DNA of 64,000 nt. It comes from an uncultured Methanosarcinales archaeon (GTDB lineage Archaea; Halobacteriota; Methanosarcinia; Methanotrichales; Methanotrichaceae). The DNA lies in assembly GCA_963843555.1 (NCBI GenBank), contig CAWJKV010000005.1:192001-256000 (forward strand). Direction: 5' to 3'. This document shows positions 10,695-20,462 of the stretch, one piece after another. Within the stretch, counting starts at the first letter, position 1; the number at the start of each line of letters is the position of its first letter. The notes beneath the pieces were generated by a model, which was given only the letters and a program-made list of their open reading frames with translations, was not told the origin of the DNA and did not search any database. The position numbers and the translations under genes were made by a program.

Positions 10695-11564
10695 GTGGAA
10701 AACCTCGCAGAAGCATTTCTAAGCCTGGGCAAGGAGGACTTCTCTATGCTGGGCGCAATTGAATCCGGGATGAGGACCCATGAGTGGGTCCCTACCTTCG
10801 TGATCTCACAGATTGCCAGCCTTTCGGCCAGCAAGGTCGAGTACCGGCTGCAGCATCTTTTTGAGCAGAAGCTGGTGGTGCGGGAGTCTCTTCACTATCT
10901 GGGCTACCAGATAAATTTCGATGCTTACGATCTTCTGGCATTGTCGGATTTCGTGAAACGCAACTATGTAAAGTGCATCGGCGATCAGATCGGGGTGGGC
11001 AAAGAGTCGGTGGTCTACGAGGCATTGGGAGAGATTCCCCTGGCCATCAAGTTCCACCGCCAGGGTCGAACCAGCTTCAAGCACGTGCGCCGCCTGCGCG
11101 ATCATCTCAAAGATAAGCCCAAGGTGCCCTGGCTCTACGCGGCAGCTCTGGCCGCCCGGCACGAGCACCAGGTCATGAAAAAGCTCTACCCCAGGGTTTC
11201 CATTCCCAGGCCCGTCGGCGTCAGCCGGCATGCCCTGGCTATGGAGTTCATAAACGGCCCCCAGCTCAACAAGATCACGCTATCCGATCCGGAGGACGGT
11301 CTGAATATGATACTGGATGAGGTGGGCAGGGCCCTGAATCTAGGCATCATCCATTCCGATCTGAGCGAGTTCAACATCATGATCGCACAGTCCGGTCCCA
11401 AGATCATAGACTGGCCTCAGGCTGTGGAAGTCACTCATCCTCATGCCCAGGAGCTATTGGAGAGAGATATAGGCAATGTATTGCGTTTCTTCGAGCGCAA
11501 GTACAGAATAGAGATGACTCTGGAAGAGGCGCTTATGCGCGCCCGGGGGAAGGAGCAGAGTTGA
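10695..11564 (+). CDS. rio2: RIO2 serine/threonine kinase
   Basis: N-terminal wHTH, GVGKES, KFHR.GRTSF, IHSDLSEFN and IIDWPQ motifs. Confidence 0.93.
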   Translation: MENLAEAFLSLGKEDFSMLGAIESGMRTHEWVPTFVISQIASLSASKVEYRLQHLFEQKLVVRESLHYLGYQINFDAYDLLALSDFVKRNYVKCIGDQIGVGKESVVYEALGEIPLAIKFHRQGRTSFKHVRRLRDHLKDKPKVPWLYAAALAARHEHQVMKKLYPRVSIPRPVGVSRHALAMEFINGPQLNKITLSDPEDGLNMILDEVGRALNLGIIHSDLSEFNIMIAQSGPKIIDWPQAVEVTHPHAQELLERDIGNVLRFFERKYRIEMTLEEALMRARGKEQS

Positions 11565-13546
11565 GCATATTCGGGGTTGATATCGCCAGTGGCTCGCCCA
11601 GCAGCCGCAGGATGCCGAGCTATTCATTGGTGATCCTGGAAGGGGATGCCACCACCAGCCACCATATGATAAACAGGCACAAGCTGATCCGACTCATCAG
11701 GGAGCGCCAGCCAGAGATCGTGGCCATGGACAATGTCCACGAGCTGGCCAGCGACCGAAGTGAGCTGATCAACCTCATGCGGAGGCTTCCGGCGGCCACG
11801 AAACTGGTGCAGGTGACGGGCGGAGAGCGGCCTGAGTCCCTGGTCAGGCTGGCCCGCTGGAATGGCATCACCTTCGACCGCACCAAACCTCTGCAAGAGG
11901 CGGAGGCCTGCGCCCGTCTGGCGGCGAAGGGCGTGGGCGCCGTCATTTCCGCTTTCGAGGAGCGGACCTGGATCAAAGTAAGCAGGAGGCGGTCCCTGGG
12001 CCGGGGCGGCTGGAGCCAGAACCGCTACTCTCGCAAGATTCATGGCGCGGTAAAGGGCCTGGCGCGCGATGTGGAGCGGCAGCTGCGCGAAGCAGGTCTC
12101 GAGTACACTGCCAGAGTTGTAGAGGGCCTGGGCGGCTATACCCGGGCGGAGTTCGTAGTGGAAGCATCTCGCGAAAAGGTGCACATCAACTCCGGCTACT
12201 CTGCAGATGCCCAGCTGAAGGTGCAGAGCATTGAGCGGCCGGAGCTACAGTATAAGCCACTCCTGCAAAGACGGGGATATATCATCGTGGGCCTGGACCC
12301 GGGAACGACGACGGGGATCGCCGCCCTGAACCTCGGCGGAGATCTGGTGGACCTGATAAGCTCCCGGGCCATGTCCTCCTCGGATGTGATCGAATGGATC
12401 GCCGCCCGCGGAAGGCCGCTCGTCGTCGCCACAGACGTCTTCCCGACGCCCGGTGCGGTCGAGAAGGTGAAGAGGGCTTTTAACGCCGTTCTATTCTCTC
12501 CGGGGGCGGACATGCCTGGCATAGAGAAGATCGCTCTGGGAAGGGAGGTCGGCTATAGGAACGATCACGAGCGTGATGCACTGGCGGCAGCTTTAAGCGC
12601 CTTCAAGAAATATAAGAACAAGTTCTTGCAGGTGGAGAAAAAGGCACCACCCGAGGTTGATCCAGACGAAGTGAAGGCTCTGGTGGTCAGGGGCTACTCC
12701 ATAGAGAATGCAGTCGCCGAGTTCACCAAAGCGCCAGAGATCGCAGCCAGGCCGGCGGCTTCGCCGCCTGCTACAGCAGCCAATGCTGATCCCGAAAATA
12801 GTGCTCAGCGCCTGCAAAACCAGCAGCTTGCAGAGCAGGTAAGAACTCTGCGCTCTTATGTGGATGAGCTGCGAGCAGAGCTTGAGGAAAGGGATGCAGC
12901 CCTGCAGGCCGCAATTGGCAAATTGGACCGGTTGAAGGATAAAACGGCTCGCGAGATCAAGCGCCAGCATGAGATCAAGATTCGAGATAAAGAGATCGAA
13001 CGCCTGAGGGCGATATTGCGATCGGAGAGAAAGTACACCAAAAAGCTGAAGAAGGGTATGGCGGCCCGCAAAAAAGCAGAGCAGATAGAGGAGATAAAAG
13101 GACTGCGGCGTCTAAAACCACTTCAAGCCTTCTCCAGAGAGGCCGTGCTTCTTGCTATAGATCGCTATGCCCTGGCAGAAGGGGACCTGGTCTTCCTTGA
13201 GGACGCCAGCGGCGGAGGAAAGAGCACAGCCGAGCTGATCAAAGAGACGGGAATTGCGGCCGTGACTACGGACGGCGAGATGGCGCCGGCTTTGCAGGAA
13301 TACTTTCTGGATCTAGGCGTGCCGGTATTTTCCAGCCGGGAGCTGCCCGTGCAAAGAATCGATGGGCTGCCCTTTGTCCGGCCGGAGGATGTCGAGGCTG
13401 CCCAGATGCGATGGGCAGAGCAAATGAAAGCCCGACAGGCAAGACTCCAGGCGGAAAAGCTGGAGAGCCTCTTCCAGGACTACAAAGTGGAGAGGATGAA
13501 GGAAGAGAAGAGAAAGCAGAAGCTGGGGCTGGCGGATAAGATCTGA
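11561..13546 (+). CDS. DUF460 family protein (RNase H-like nuclease folds plus coiled coil)
   Basis: IFGVDI, GGWSQNRY, IVGLDPGTTTG and NDHERDALAAA motifs; coiled-coil C-terminal half. Confidence 0.85.
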   Translation: MSIFGVDIASGSPSSRRMPSYSLVILEGDATTSHHMINRHKLIRLIRERQPEIVAMDNVHELASDRSELINLMRRLPAATKLVQVTGGERPESLVRLARWNGITFDRTKPLQEAEACARLAAKGVGAVISAFEERTWIKVSRRRSLGRGGWSQNRYSRKIHGAVKGLARDVERQLREAGLEYTARVVEGLGGYTRAEFVVEASREKVHINSGYSADAQLKVQSIERPELQYKPLLQRRGYIIVGLDPGTTTGIAALNLGGDLVDLISSRAMSSSDVIEWIAARGRPLVVATDVFPTPGAVEKVKRAFNAVLFSPGADMPGIEKIALGREVGYRNDHERDALAAALSAFKKYKNKFLQVEKKAPPEVDPDEVKALVVRGYSIENAVAEFTKAPEIAARPAASPPATAANADPENSAQRLQNQQLAEQVRTLRSYVDELRAELEERDAALQAAIGKLDRLKDKTAREIKRQHEIKIRDKEIERLRAILRSERKYTKKLKKGMAARKKAEQIEEIKGLRRLKPLQAFSREAVLLAIDRYALAEGDLVFLEDASGGGKSTAELIKETGIAAVTTDGEMAPALQEYFLDLGVPVFSSRELPVQRIDGLPFVRPEDVEAAQMRWAEQMKARQARLQAEKLESLFQDYKVERMKEEKRKQKLGLADKI

Positions 13547-13590
13547 GAGTATATGATTGAGCTTCTTTCGTTAAGAATATCGATCTAGAG

Positions 13591-14190
13591 ATCTTTTATT
13601 TAGGTGCAAAAATGTTTGAGAAGGCCCGAGATTGAGGCTCCATTCGAAACTTTGGGACGCTCTATCAGTCTGCAACTTAACCGCCGTCGCTCGGCCGGGC
13701 CGCGGCCTGGAGCGGCGCCCCAACCATAGCGCGGGAGGCCCGCAGGCCGACTCGCGGCACCCCGTAAGAATGTGGTGATGATGTCCTTGCCTGCATCTGC
13801 AAAGTCAAGTCTGCATTTGAATGACATTGGCATATCTTTAGTTAGGCGCAAACGATTATCCATCCTCTTCTTCCGGGGTTCCGCGCGGTTAAACGCGCTG
13901 TGGTGACGGGGCCGCACTCAGGCCGTGCAGGCCCACCTAACCCCGCGGCCGCGGGGAACAATCCATGAAGCTATGCCCTTTGCGCTTGGACGAGCCCGAG
14001 ATATAGGTCCTATACAAAACTCTTGGGCGTCCTCTATCAGTCTGCAACTCAAACCGCCGTCGCTCAGCCGTCCGCGGCCCGGAAAAGGCGCCCCAACCAT
14101 AGCGCGGGAGGACCGCAGGCCGACTCGCGGCATCCCGAAAGAAAGGACGAAGGCTATTCTTACTCGCATTTGCCAGAAGCCTTTCTGCAA
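13591..14190. repeat. Structured repeat array, left arm (partial unit 1 and full unit 2)
   Basis: Head TGACATTGGCATATCTTTAGTTAGGCGC at 13822-13849. A ~100-bp GC-rich module occurs at both 13662-13762 and 14034-14136. Confidence 0.85.
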
Positions 14191-14437
14191 TTTGATGCTC
14201 CAAGAGCCTCCCCACAGGTCTATAGAGAAGCGACCTATTTTGGATTAGTGCGTCTCCAGCCTGACGGGCTCGACTGGAGAATATTTATCAATTAATAATA
14301 ACTGTATCGCAATCAATCGCGATCCTTTGCCACTGAACAGATTTGCCTTTGACTTTTCAAGCCGACTGGATCGCATGAATGACACGCATCCGAAATGATG
14401 AATAACTACAGCGACTTTGGTGCATTTAGGGGAATAA

Positions 14438-14656
14438 ATGAGGATCAGAGATGCGATCAGACTGATCGAGGCCGATGGCTGGCGGTTAGTGAATACCAAA
14501 GGCAGTCATAGGCAATTTAAGCATCCTTTCAAAAGAGGCCGCGTGACGATTGCAGGCAAGCTCGATATGGACCTGCATCCCAAGACTCTGAAAAGTATAT
14601 TAAAGCAGGCAGGCATAGAGGAGATATTGGATGGCCAAATACACGATAATCATTGA
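14438..14656 (+). CDS. hicA: HicA family toxin (mRNA interferase)
   Basis: DGW...KGSHRQFKHP..GRVTI....DL...TLKSILKQAG signature. Confidence 0.92.
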   Translation: MRIRDAIRLIEADGWRLVNTKGSHRQFKHPFKRGRVTIAGKLDMDLHPKTLKSILKQAGIEEILDGQIHDNH

Positions 14657-14867
14657 GAAGGGTGAAGGGAATTACTCCGCATACTGCCCAGATCTTCCAG
14701 GCGTGGTTTCAGCAGGCGAAACAGAGGAGGAGACGGCGGAACTGATGAAAGAGGCAATAGAGTTGCATCTGGAAGGGCTGAAGGAGGACACGGATACCGA
14801 TTCCGGAGCCAACGATTTCTGCAAGATATGTATGATGTCGTTGTATGAATGGCGATGCTCGCCCTGA
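14631..14867 (+). CDS. hicB: HicB family antitoxin (short form; C-terminus possibly frameshifted)
   Basis: Y.IIIEK....YSAYCPDLPG.VS.GET.EE....MKEAIELHLEGL signature; overlaps hicA. Confidence 0.88.
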   Translation: MAKYTIIIEKGEGNYSAYCPDLPGVVSAGETEEETAELMKEAIELHLEGLKEDTDTDSGANDFCKICMMSLYEWRCSP

Positions 14868-14924
14868 TCTATTTGGCTTAAAACCGATAAATTCACAAGT
14901 GCGAATCCAAAGATGAGGGCACGA

Positions 14925-15485
14925 TAACATATCTTTCATTTAGGCGCAAAAAATATCACATTTCTTCTTCCGGGGTTCCACGCGCTGCGGCGAACAGTCT
15001 ATGAAGGTTCCTTCATTCCTGGTCGTGTTGAGAAGACCCGAGATGTAAGGTTCAATTCCAGACCTTGGAACGCACTATCTGTTCGGTGACATTGGCATAT
15101 CTTTAGTTAGGCGCTAAGCATTATTCCACCACTCTTTCCGGGTTCCGCGCGGTTAAACGCGCTCGGGCGACGGGGATCCACTCATGGCCGTGGCGGCCCC
15201 CCTAACCCCGCGTGCCGCGGGGAACAATTTATGAAGCCTTGCCCTTATTCCTGGGCGTGTTTGAGAAGACCCGAGATGTAAGGTTCTTTTCCAGACCTTG
15301 GAACGCACTATCAGTCTGTAGCTCAACCGCCGTCGCTCGGCCGGCCGCGGCCCGGGAAAGGCGCGCCCAACCATTAGCGCGGGAGGCCCGCAGGCCGACT
15401 CGCGGCACCCAAGAAGAAAAAGAGCAATCAGTCCTTGAATGCATCAAACGAGTCCCATCTGCAGTTGAACGGCATTAGCGTATCC
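14925..15485. repeat. Structured repeat array, right arm (deleted unit 3, full unit 4, start of unit 5)
   Basis: Head at 15087-15114 is identical to 13822-13849. A 52-bp duplication at 15028-15079 and 15261-15312 has 2 mismatches. GC module at 15308-15410. Confidence 0.85.
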
Positions 15486-15531
15486 ACATCAATCCCAGAG
15501 GGTGCATATTAGAACAGCTCATAACCATGCA

Positions 15532-16266
15532 TCAGAAACGATTCAGCTCCCCCAGCCTCTCCGGCCTCTCCATCAGCTCCGTTCCCACCAGCAGAGCATC
15601 CGCCCCCGCCCGCATCATGCGCAGGGCATCCTCCCGGCTGTGCACTCCGCTCTCCGCCACCAGGAAGACTCCCGCGCTTCTTCGCCCGTGGCGCCAGCCG
15701 CTCGAAGGTGCCCAGATCAACCTCCAGAGTCTTCAGGTTGCGGTTATTGATGCCGATGATCCGGGCATCCGTCTTCAGAGCCGCTTCCAGCTCCTCTTCG
15801 GAATGAACCTCCACCAGAGGCTCCATTCCATGGGCCCTGGCCCGATCCACGAATTTGTTCAGATCTATCTCCAGGGCAGCGATGAGCAGCACCAGATCGG
15901 CCTGGACCTCAGCAAGCTGCCTCTCATCGAAGATGAAGTCCTTTCTCAAGACCGGCAGGCCCGCTCTTCGAGCTATCCGGGCGTTCTCCAGAGAACCCAG
16001 AAAGTGCGTGGGCTCGGTGAGAACGGAGATGGCGCAGGCGTTGCTTTCGGTGTAAGCCCTGGCGTATGCCTGCCACCTCCTCCGGGGCCAGAGTCCTTCC
16101 AATCGCCTTGGGCTTGATCTCGGCAATAATGGGGATTATGCCCCTTGCTCTTCAGAGCGCTGGCCGAGCTTATCAGGTCCCGGCGCTCTTCCTTCGGCCA
16201 GGCGGCAGCAGCCTTAGGCCCGCGCGCCCGGGAGGCCTCCAGAATGCCCTCAATCAGGGGATGCAT
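15532..16266 (-). CDS. trpC: Indole-3-glycerol phosphate synthase, frameshifted
   Basis: [45 protein letters not shown] and LLVGTELM are spread over several frames. Confidence 0.85.
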
Positions 16267-16837
16267 CCCACCACGTCCTCGACCCAGTTGCTGGATGATC
16301 TTCTTTCCAGACGGCGTTAGCACTGACTCGGGATGGAACTGGACTCCAGAGTGTGGATGGGTTTTGTGCCTGATGCCCATCACCACTCCCTCCGGGGTAG
16401 AGGCCGCGACCTCCAGATCCGGGGCAAGCCTTTCTACCGCCAGCGAGTGGTAGCGCCCCCCTTGCAAGGGATTCTCCAGTCCCCGGAAGATGCCCCGTCC
16501 ATCGTGCTCTGATCTCCGAGGTCTTGCCGTGCAGAGGCCTGGTGTGGGATATTGTTCCGCCATAGGCCAGGTTCATGGCCTGGTGGCCCAGGCAGACGCC
16601 CAGGATGGGTGTATCTGGGAAGTGCAATATGATCTCCAGGCAGCTGCCTATGTCCCTTGGTTTGGCCGGATGGCCGGGTCCCGGCGAGATCACAATTCCG
16701 ATGGGATCCAGTTCCTCCACCTCAGCCAGACGGATATCATTGGAGCGAACAGTGGTATCTTCATAAAACACCGATACATAATCCACCAGGTTCCAGACAA
16801 AGGAATCCTGATTGTCCACAAAGAGAATGGGCCTCAT
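16254..16837 (-). CDS. trpG: Anthranilate synthase component II (glutamine amidotransferase), frameshifted
   Basis: DNQDSF, SPGPG, GVCLGHQ and HGKTS, then RYHSL and GVQFHPES in another frame (indels near 16510 and 16290). Confidence 0.88.
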
Positions 16838-18288
16838 CAGGCCACTCCCAGAGCCCGCTTCATGGCCGCCATCTTTCGCTCTGTCTCCTGGTATTCTTTC
16901 TCCGGATCCGAATCCGCCACTATCCCCGCGCCGGCCTGCACCGTGGCCACCCCATCTTTAATCAGAACGCTTCGGATGGCTATGGCAAAGTCGGAGCTAC
17001 CGTCTATGGAGAAGTAGCCGATGCCGCCCCCATAAATTCCCCGAGGCGCTTTCTCCAGGTCATCAATGATCTCCATAGCCCGCAGCTTGGGCGCTCCGGA
17101 GAGGGTTCCTGCCGGAAAGACCGACCGTGCGGCATCAAATTGATCGCACTCCTCTCGCAGCTCTCCAATTACTGTGGTCTCAATGTGCTGCACATGAGAG
17201 TACTTGAGCACAGACATGAAATCCTCCACCTGCACCGTCCCGGAGCGGCAGACGGATCGCACATCATTCCTGCCCAGGTCTACCAGCATGACATGTTCCG
17301 CCCTCTCCTTCTCGTCTGCGAGCATGAGCTTCGCATACCGGTCGTCCTCGGCTCGCGTTCTCCCGCGGGGACAGGTTCCAGCAATGGGATTGACCTTGAG
17401 TTTGCGGTTGTAGGTGTTGAAGAGGGTCTCGGGAGATGCTCCCACAATGGCCAGGTCCCCGAACTCGAAGAGGTAGGTATAGGGGCTCGGATTGATGCTT
17501 CTCAGCTTCCGGTAGAGCTTTACCGGGTCCGGGCATTCAATTCTGGTCGAACGGGCCAGGACGATCTGAAATATATCACCATCCGTAATATGCTCCTTGG
17601 CCTTGGAAACCGCATCCTGGTACTCCTGCGGCTCGCCTGCCGAGAGCACCCTGCCAACTATATTCAGGTCCTCGGCCTGATCATAGTCGGGATCGATTCC
17701 GCCGATGGTCTCAATCAAATTGACCTTGGGGCCGGGCAGGATGGGAGCGATGGCGAAGTAGACCTTCCGGTCCAGGTGATCGAAGATGAAAGTGCTCTCC
17801 GCCAGGCCGAACTGGGCGTCCGGGGTCTCAGCGGTCGATCTTCTGCCCAGGCGCTCCTTGACCAGATCGTAGGCCAGGTAGCCGATGCCCCCTCCGGTGA
17901 ACACCTGTCTGCCGAAGCTGTTGGGCATGCCCCGGCTGGAGGGTATGCTCGCCCGCAGGACATCGAATAGATCATAGCCCTCCTTTATGGGCCCCTGCAG
18001 AACCGAGCCGATTTTTTCCACATCCACGCACCCGGAGAGCCTCTCCTCAATGGGACCCATGCCGCCATTATAAAACTCCATTCGAAGGAAGCGGTTCTTG
18101 ACCGAGATCATGGCCGAGGGATCGGCCCCCACAAAGGAGAACCTGGCTTTCTGTCCCGACTTCTCCACAGACTCCAGGAGATATGGGTACCTTCGATCCC
18201 GCAGCGCCAGGTATAGAGAGAGCGGAGCGTCTACACTGACTTTATTGCTCACATCCACGAACACCGGCTCTACTGTGGCACCGGACAT
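16837..18288 (-). CDS. trpE: Anthranilate synthase component I
   Basis: LLESV, GDIFQ, NPSPY, SPETL, PIAGT, KERAEHVMLVDLGRND, FPAGTLSGAPK and QAGAGIVADS motifs. Confidence 0.96.
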   Translation of the reverse strand: MSGATVEPVFVDVSNKVSVDAPLSLYLALRDRRYPYLLESVEKSGQKARFSFVGADPSAMISVKNRFLRMEFYNGGMGPIEERLSGCVDVEKIGSVLQGPIKEGYDLFDVLRASIPSSRGMPNSFGRQVFTGGGIGYLAYDLVKERLGRRSTAETPDAQFGLAESTFIFDHLDRKVYFAIAPILPGPKVNLIETIGGIDPDYDQAEDLNIVGRVLSAGEPQEYQDAVSKAKEHITDGDIFQIVLARSTRIECPDPVKLYRKLRSINPSPYTYLFEFGDLAIVGASPETLFNTYNRKLKVNPIAGTCPRGRTRAEDDRYAKLMLADEKERAEHVMLVDLGRNDVRSVCRSGTVQVEDFMSVLKYSHVQHIETTVIGELREECDQFDAARSVFPAGTLSGAPKLRAMEIIDDLEKAPRGIYGGGIGYFSIDGSSDFAIAIRSVLIKDGVATVQAGAGIVADSDPEKEYQETERKMAAMKRALGVA

Positions 18289-18912
18289 GCTCTCACCTTC
18301 TGCACAAACGAGTTGATCTTGACCGGATCCTTTCTGCCCGCAGACTCCGTGCCGCTGGAGACATCCACGGCATAGGGCCTCACCCGCTTTATGGCCTGGG
18401 CCACATTGCCCGAATCAAGGCCCCCGGCCAAAATAACCGGAACCTTGAGAGATCTGACGATCTCGGCGCTCTTATCCCAGTCGTGGACTCTTCCCGTTCC
18501 GCCCAGCTTTCCATCGACCATGCTATCCAGAAGAATGGAATCAGCTGCCATTTGGTAGCTCTTGGCCTCTCCGCCTCCGTCATCGACTGGCACGGCTGCC
18601 ACCAGCTTCTGGTGAACCCGGCCCTTCAGCTCCGCCAGTTCACGGGGTGCCAGTGAGCCGTGCAATTGGAGTACATCCGCCCCGGTCTGCTCGGCCAGTC
18701 GCACCGCATCATTGACGTTCTTCGGGCTGATCACTGCCACGCTCTTGGTGTACACCGGCACGCTGCGGATGAGATCTGCTGCTTCCTTCGCAGAGAGGCA
18801 GTGCCGGGAGTCCTCGATCTCCACCACAAAGCCCACAGCATCCGCTCCTGCCTGGACGGCATAAGTCGAGATCGTCCCTGCTCATAATTCCGCATACCTT
18901 GATTCTGGTCAT
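18270..18912 (-). CDS. trpF: Phosphoribosylanthranilate isomerase, frameshifted near 18862
   Basis: MTRIKVCGI start, then GADAVGF, QLHG, LLDS, GGTG, LAGGL and VDVSSG after one extra base. Confidence 0.88.
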
Positions 18913-19934
18913 AAGAATCTCACCAGCTTGCCATAGTCGCCGTTCATCTCCACCATTTTATGTAACAGTTCCAGGGCCCTTCCTGTGTCTATAGCTTCCT
19001 CCGCTATCCTCGCTCCCTCTTTGATGCCCGGGGCTCCGCCGGAGATATAGACGGCTGCTCCGCTGTTTATGGCGATGATATCCCTCGCAGGGGATCTCTC
19101 GCCCTTCATCACCGCCACCAGGCGTCGGGCATTGTCTTCAGGTGTGCCTCCCGTGAGATCCTCTTGCCTGGCCAGAGGATAGCCCAGATCCTGGGGCATG
19201 ATGCTGTAGCTCTTTACAACCCCCTCCTTCAGCTCCGCAATCCTGGTCTCGCCGGTATTGGTGATCTCATCCATGCCATTTCCGTGCACCACCAGAGCCC
19301 GATCTGTGCCCAGCATCAGGAAGACTGAGGCCAGCTTCTCACAGAGGCCTGGATCGTAGACGCCCATCACCTGGGCCGTTGCTCCCGCCGGGTTGGTGAG
19401 CGGCCCCAGTATATTGAAAACGGTGCGCAGCCCCAGCTCGCGTCGGATGGGTGCCACCCTCTTCATGGCGGGATGAAAGACGGGAGCCAGCATAAATCCG
19501 ATTCCCAGACGCTCGATCATGGCGGTCACCGCTTCCGGAGCGGGACTGATGTTGATGCCCAGTTCCGATAGAACGTTGGCGCTGCCGCACTTCGAACTTA
19601 CGGCATAGTTGCCGTGCTTGGCCACAGGTACTCCGCAGGCGGCGGCGACAATGGCTGCAGCGGTGCTCACATTGATGGTATTGGTGGCATCCCCGCCCGT
19701 GCCACAGGTGTCCACCAGGGTGCCATTTACGCGAGGATGGATGCGAACTGCAGAGTCGCGCATCTTTTTAGCCAGACCTGCGATCTCAGATACGGATTCG
19801 CCCTTCAATCGCAGGGCAATGAGCAGAGCTCCAATCTGGGCATCTGTCGCTTTATTGAAGATCTCATCCATGAGGGACTCAGCCTCCTCCACGGAGAGGT
19901 CACGCCCTTCCACGATCTCTTGCAGATAAGTCAA
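18909..19934 (-). CDS. trpD: Anthranilate phosphoribosyltransferase
   Basis: DTCGTGGD, KHGN, FHPAM, RTVFNILGPLTNP and GMDE motifs. Confidence 0.96.
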   Translation of the reverse strand: MTYLQEIVEGRDLSVEEAESLMDEIFNKATDAQIGALLIALRLKGESVSEIAGLAKKMRDSAVRIHPRVNGTLVDTCGTGGDATNTINVSTAAAIVAAACGVPVAKHGNYAVSSKCGSANVLSELGINISPAPEAVTAMIERLGIGFMLAPVFHPAMKRVAPIRRELGLRTVFNILGPLTNPAGATAQVMGVYDPGLCEKLASVFLMLGTDRALVVHGNGMDEITNTGETRIAELKEGVVKSYSIMPQDLGYPLARQEDLTGGTPEDNARRLVAVMKGERSPARDIIAINSGAAVYISGGAPGIKEGARIAEEAIDTGRALELLHKMVEMNGDYGKLVRFL

Positions 19935-19951
19935 AGTAACACCACCAATTC

Positions 19952-20000
19952 AATGTATAATCTTGTACTATAATGAGGTAAAAAGTACATTGTATTTATA
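19952..20000 (-). promoter_or_regulatory. trp operon promoter with putative TRP-box-like operator
   Basis: TGTATA 19954, TGTACT 19964, AGTACA 19984 and TGTATT 19991 lie beside a TATA element (TATAAA on the minus strand, ~19995-20000). They resemble the TGTACA boxes bound by archaeal TrpY. Confidence 0.5.
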
Positions 20001-20183
20001 GATTGTGCAAAAGAGCTCAACTAATTCCATATGGTCAAGTTGAAACGTGATAGGGATAACATTGGGAGATATATGTATAAAATATACAACATATATAATT
20101 TGTATCGAAATGCATAAAAATAAGGAATTAAAATAAAAAGTAAAACTGTTTGCTATTTTAGGTAAATTCTAGAGATCAGAGAC

Positions 20184-20462
20184 CTACCACTTGCCGGACT
20201 CTATGACAGGAAGCTTGTCCAGTACCTGCGCAATTGCCTCCGGGCTAAGATTGTACTTCCGGCAGATCTTGAACACGCGAGAGAGTTCGGTGTTCTGATC
20301 GGTTCCTGATAGCTGGGCAGCATGGATCTCTGCAGCATCCAGGCCTTTTTCCAGCACAATCTTCCTGACATCCTTCAGCACACCACTGGTGATACAGCTC
20401 TCAGTCATGCCGATCTCTTCAATCGCCTTTCCCATATTTTCCATGTCTTTTGGATTCATCAT
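20184..20462 (-). CDS. Small hypothetical protein
   Basis: MMNPKDMENMG... with GGTG RBS-like sequence upstream; protein-like composition. Confidence 0.65.
   Translation of the reverse strand: MMNPKDMENMGKAIEEIGMTESCITSGVLKDVRKIVLEKGLDAAEIHAAQLSGTDQNTELSRVFKICRKYNLSPEAIAQVLDKLPVIESGKW

Noticed and set aside
9767..10834. Long antisense ORFs (also 16657..17970, 54649..55620, 62315..63088)
   Set aside because: Shadow frames of GC3-rich genuine genes.
13600..15478. Short ORFs over the repeats (e.g. 13918..14190, 15212..15478)
   Set aside because: Arg/Pro/Gly-rich translations on both strands; the frame is not preserved between copies.
13591..15485. CRISPR array or integron attC array
   Set aside because: Units are hundreds of bp with no unique spacers and no cas genes. 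GTTAGGC (13841) precedes ACCTAAC (13935), the reverse of attC order, and there is no integrase.
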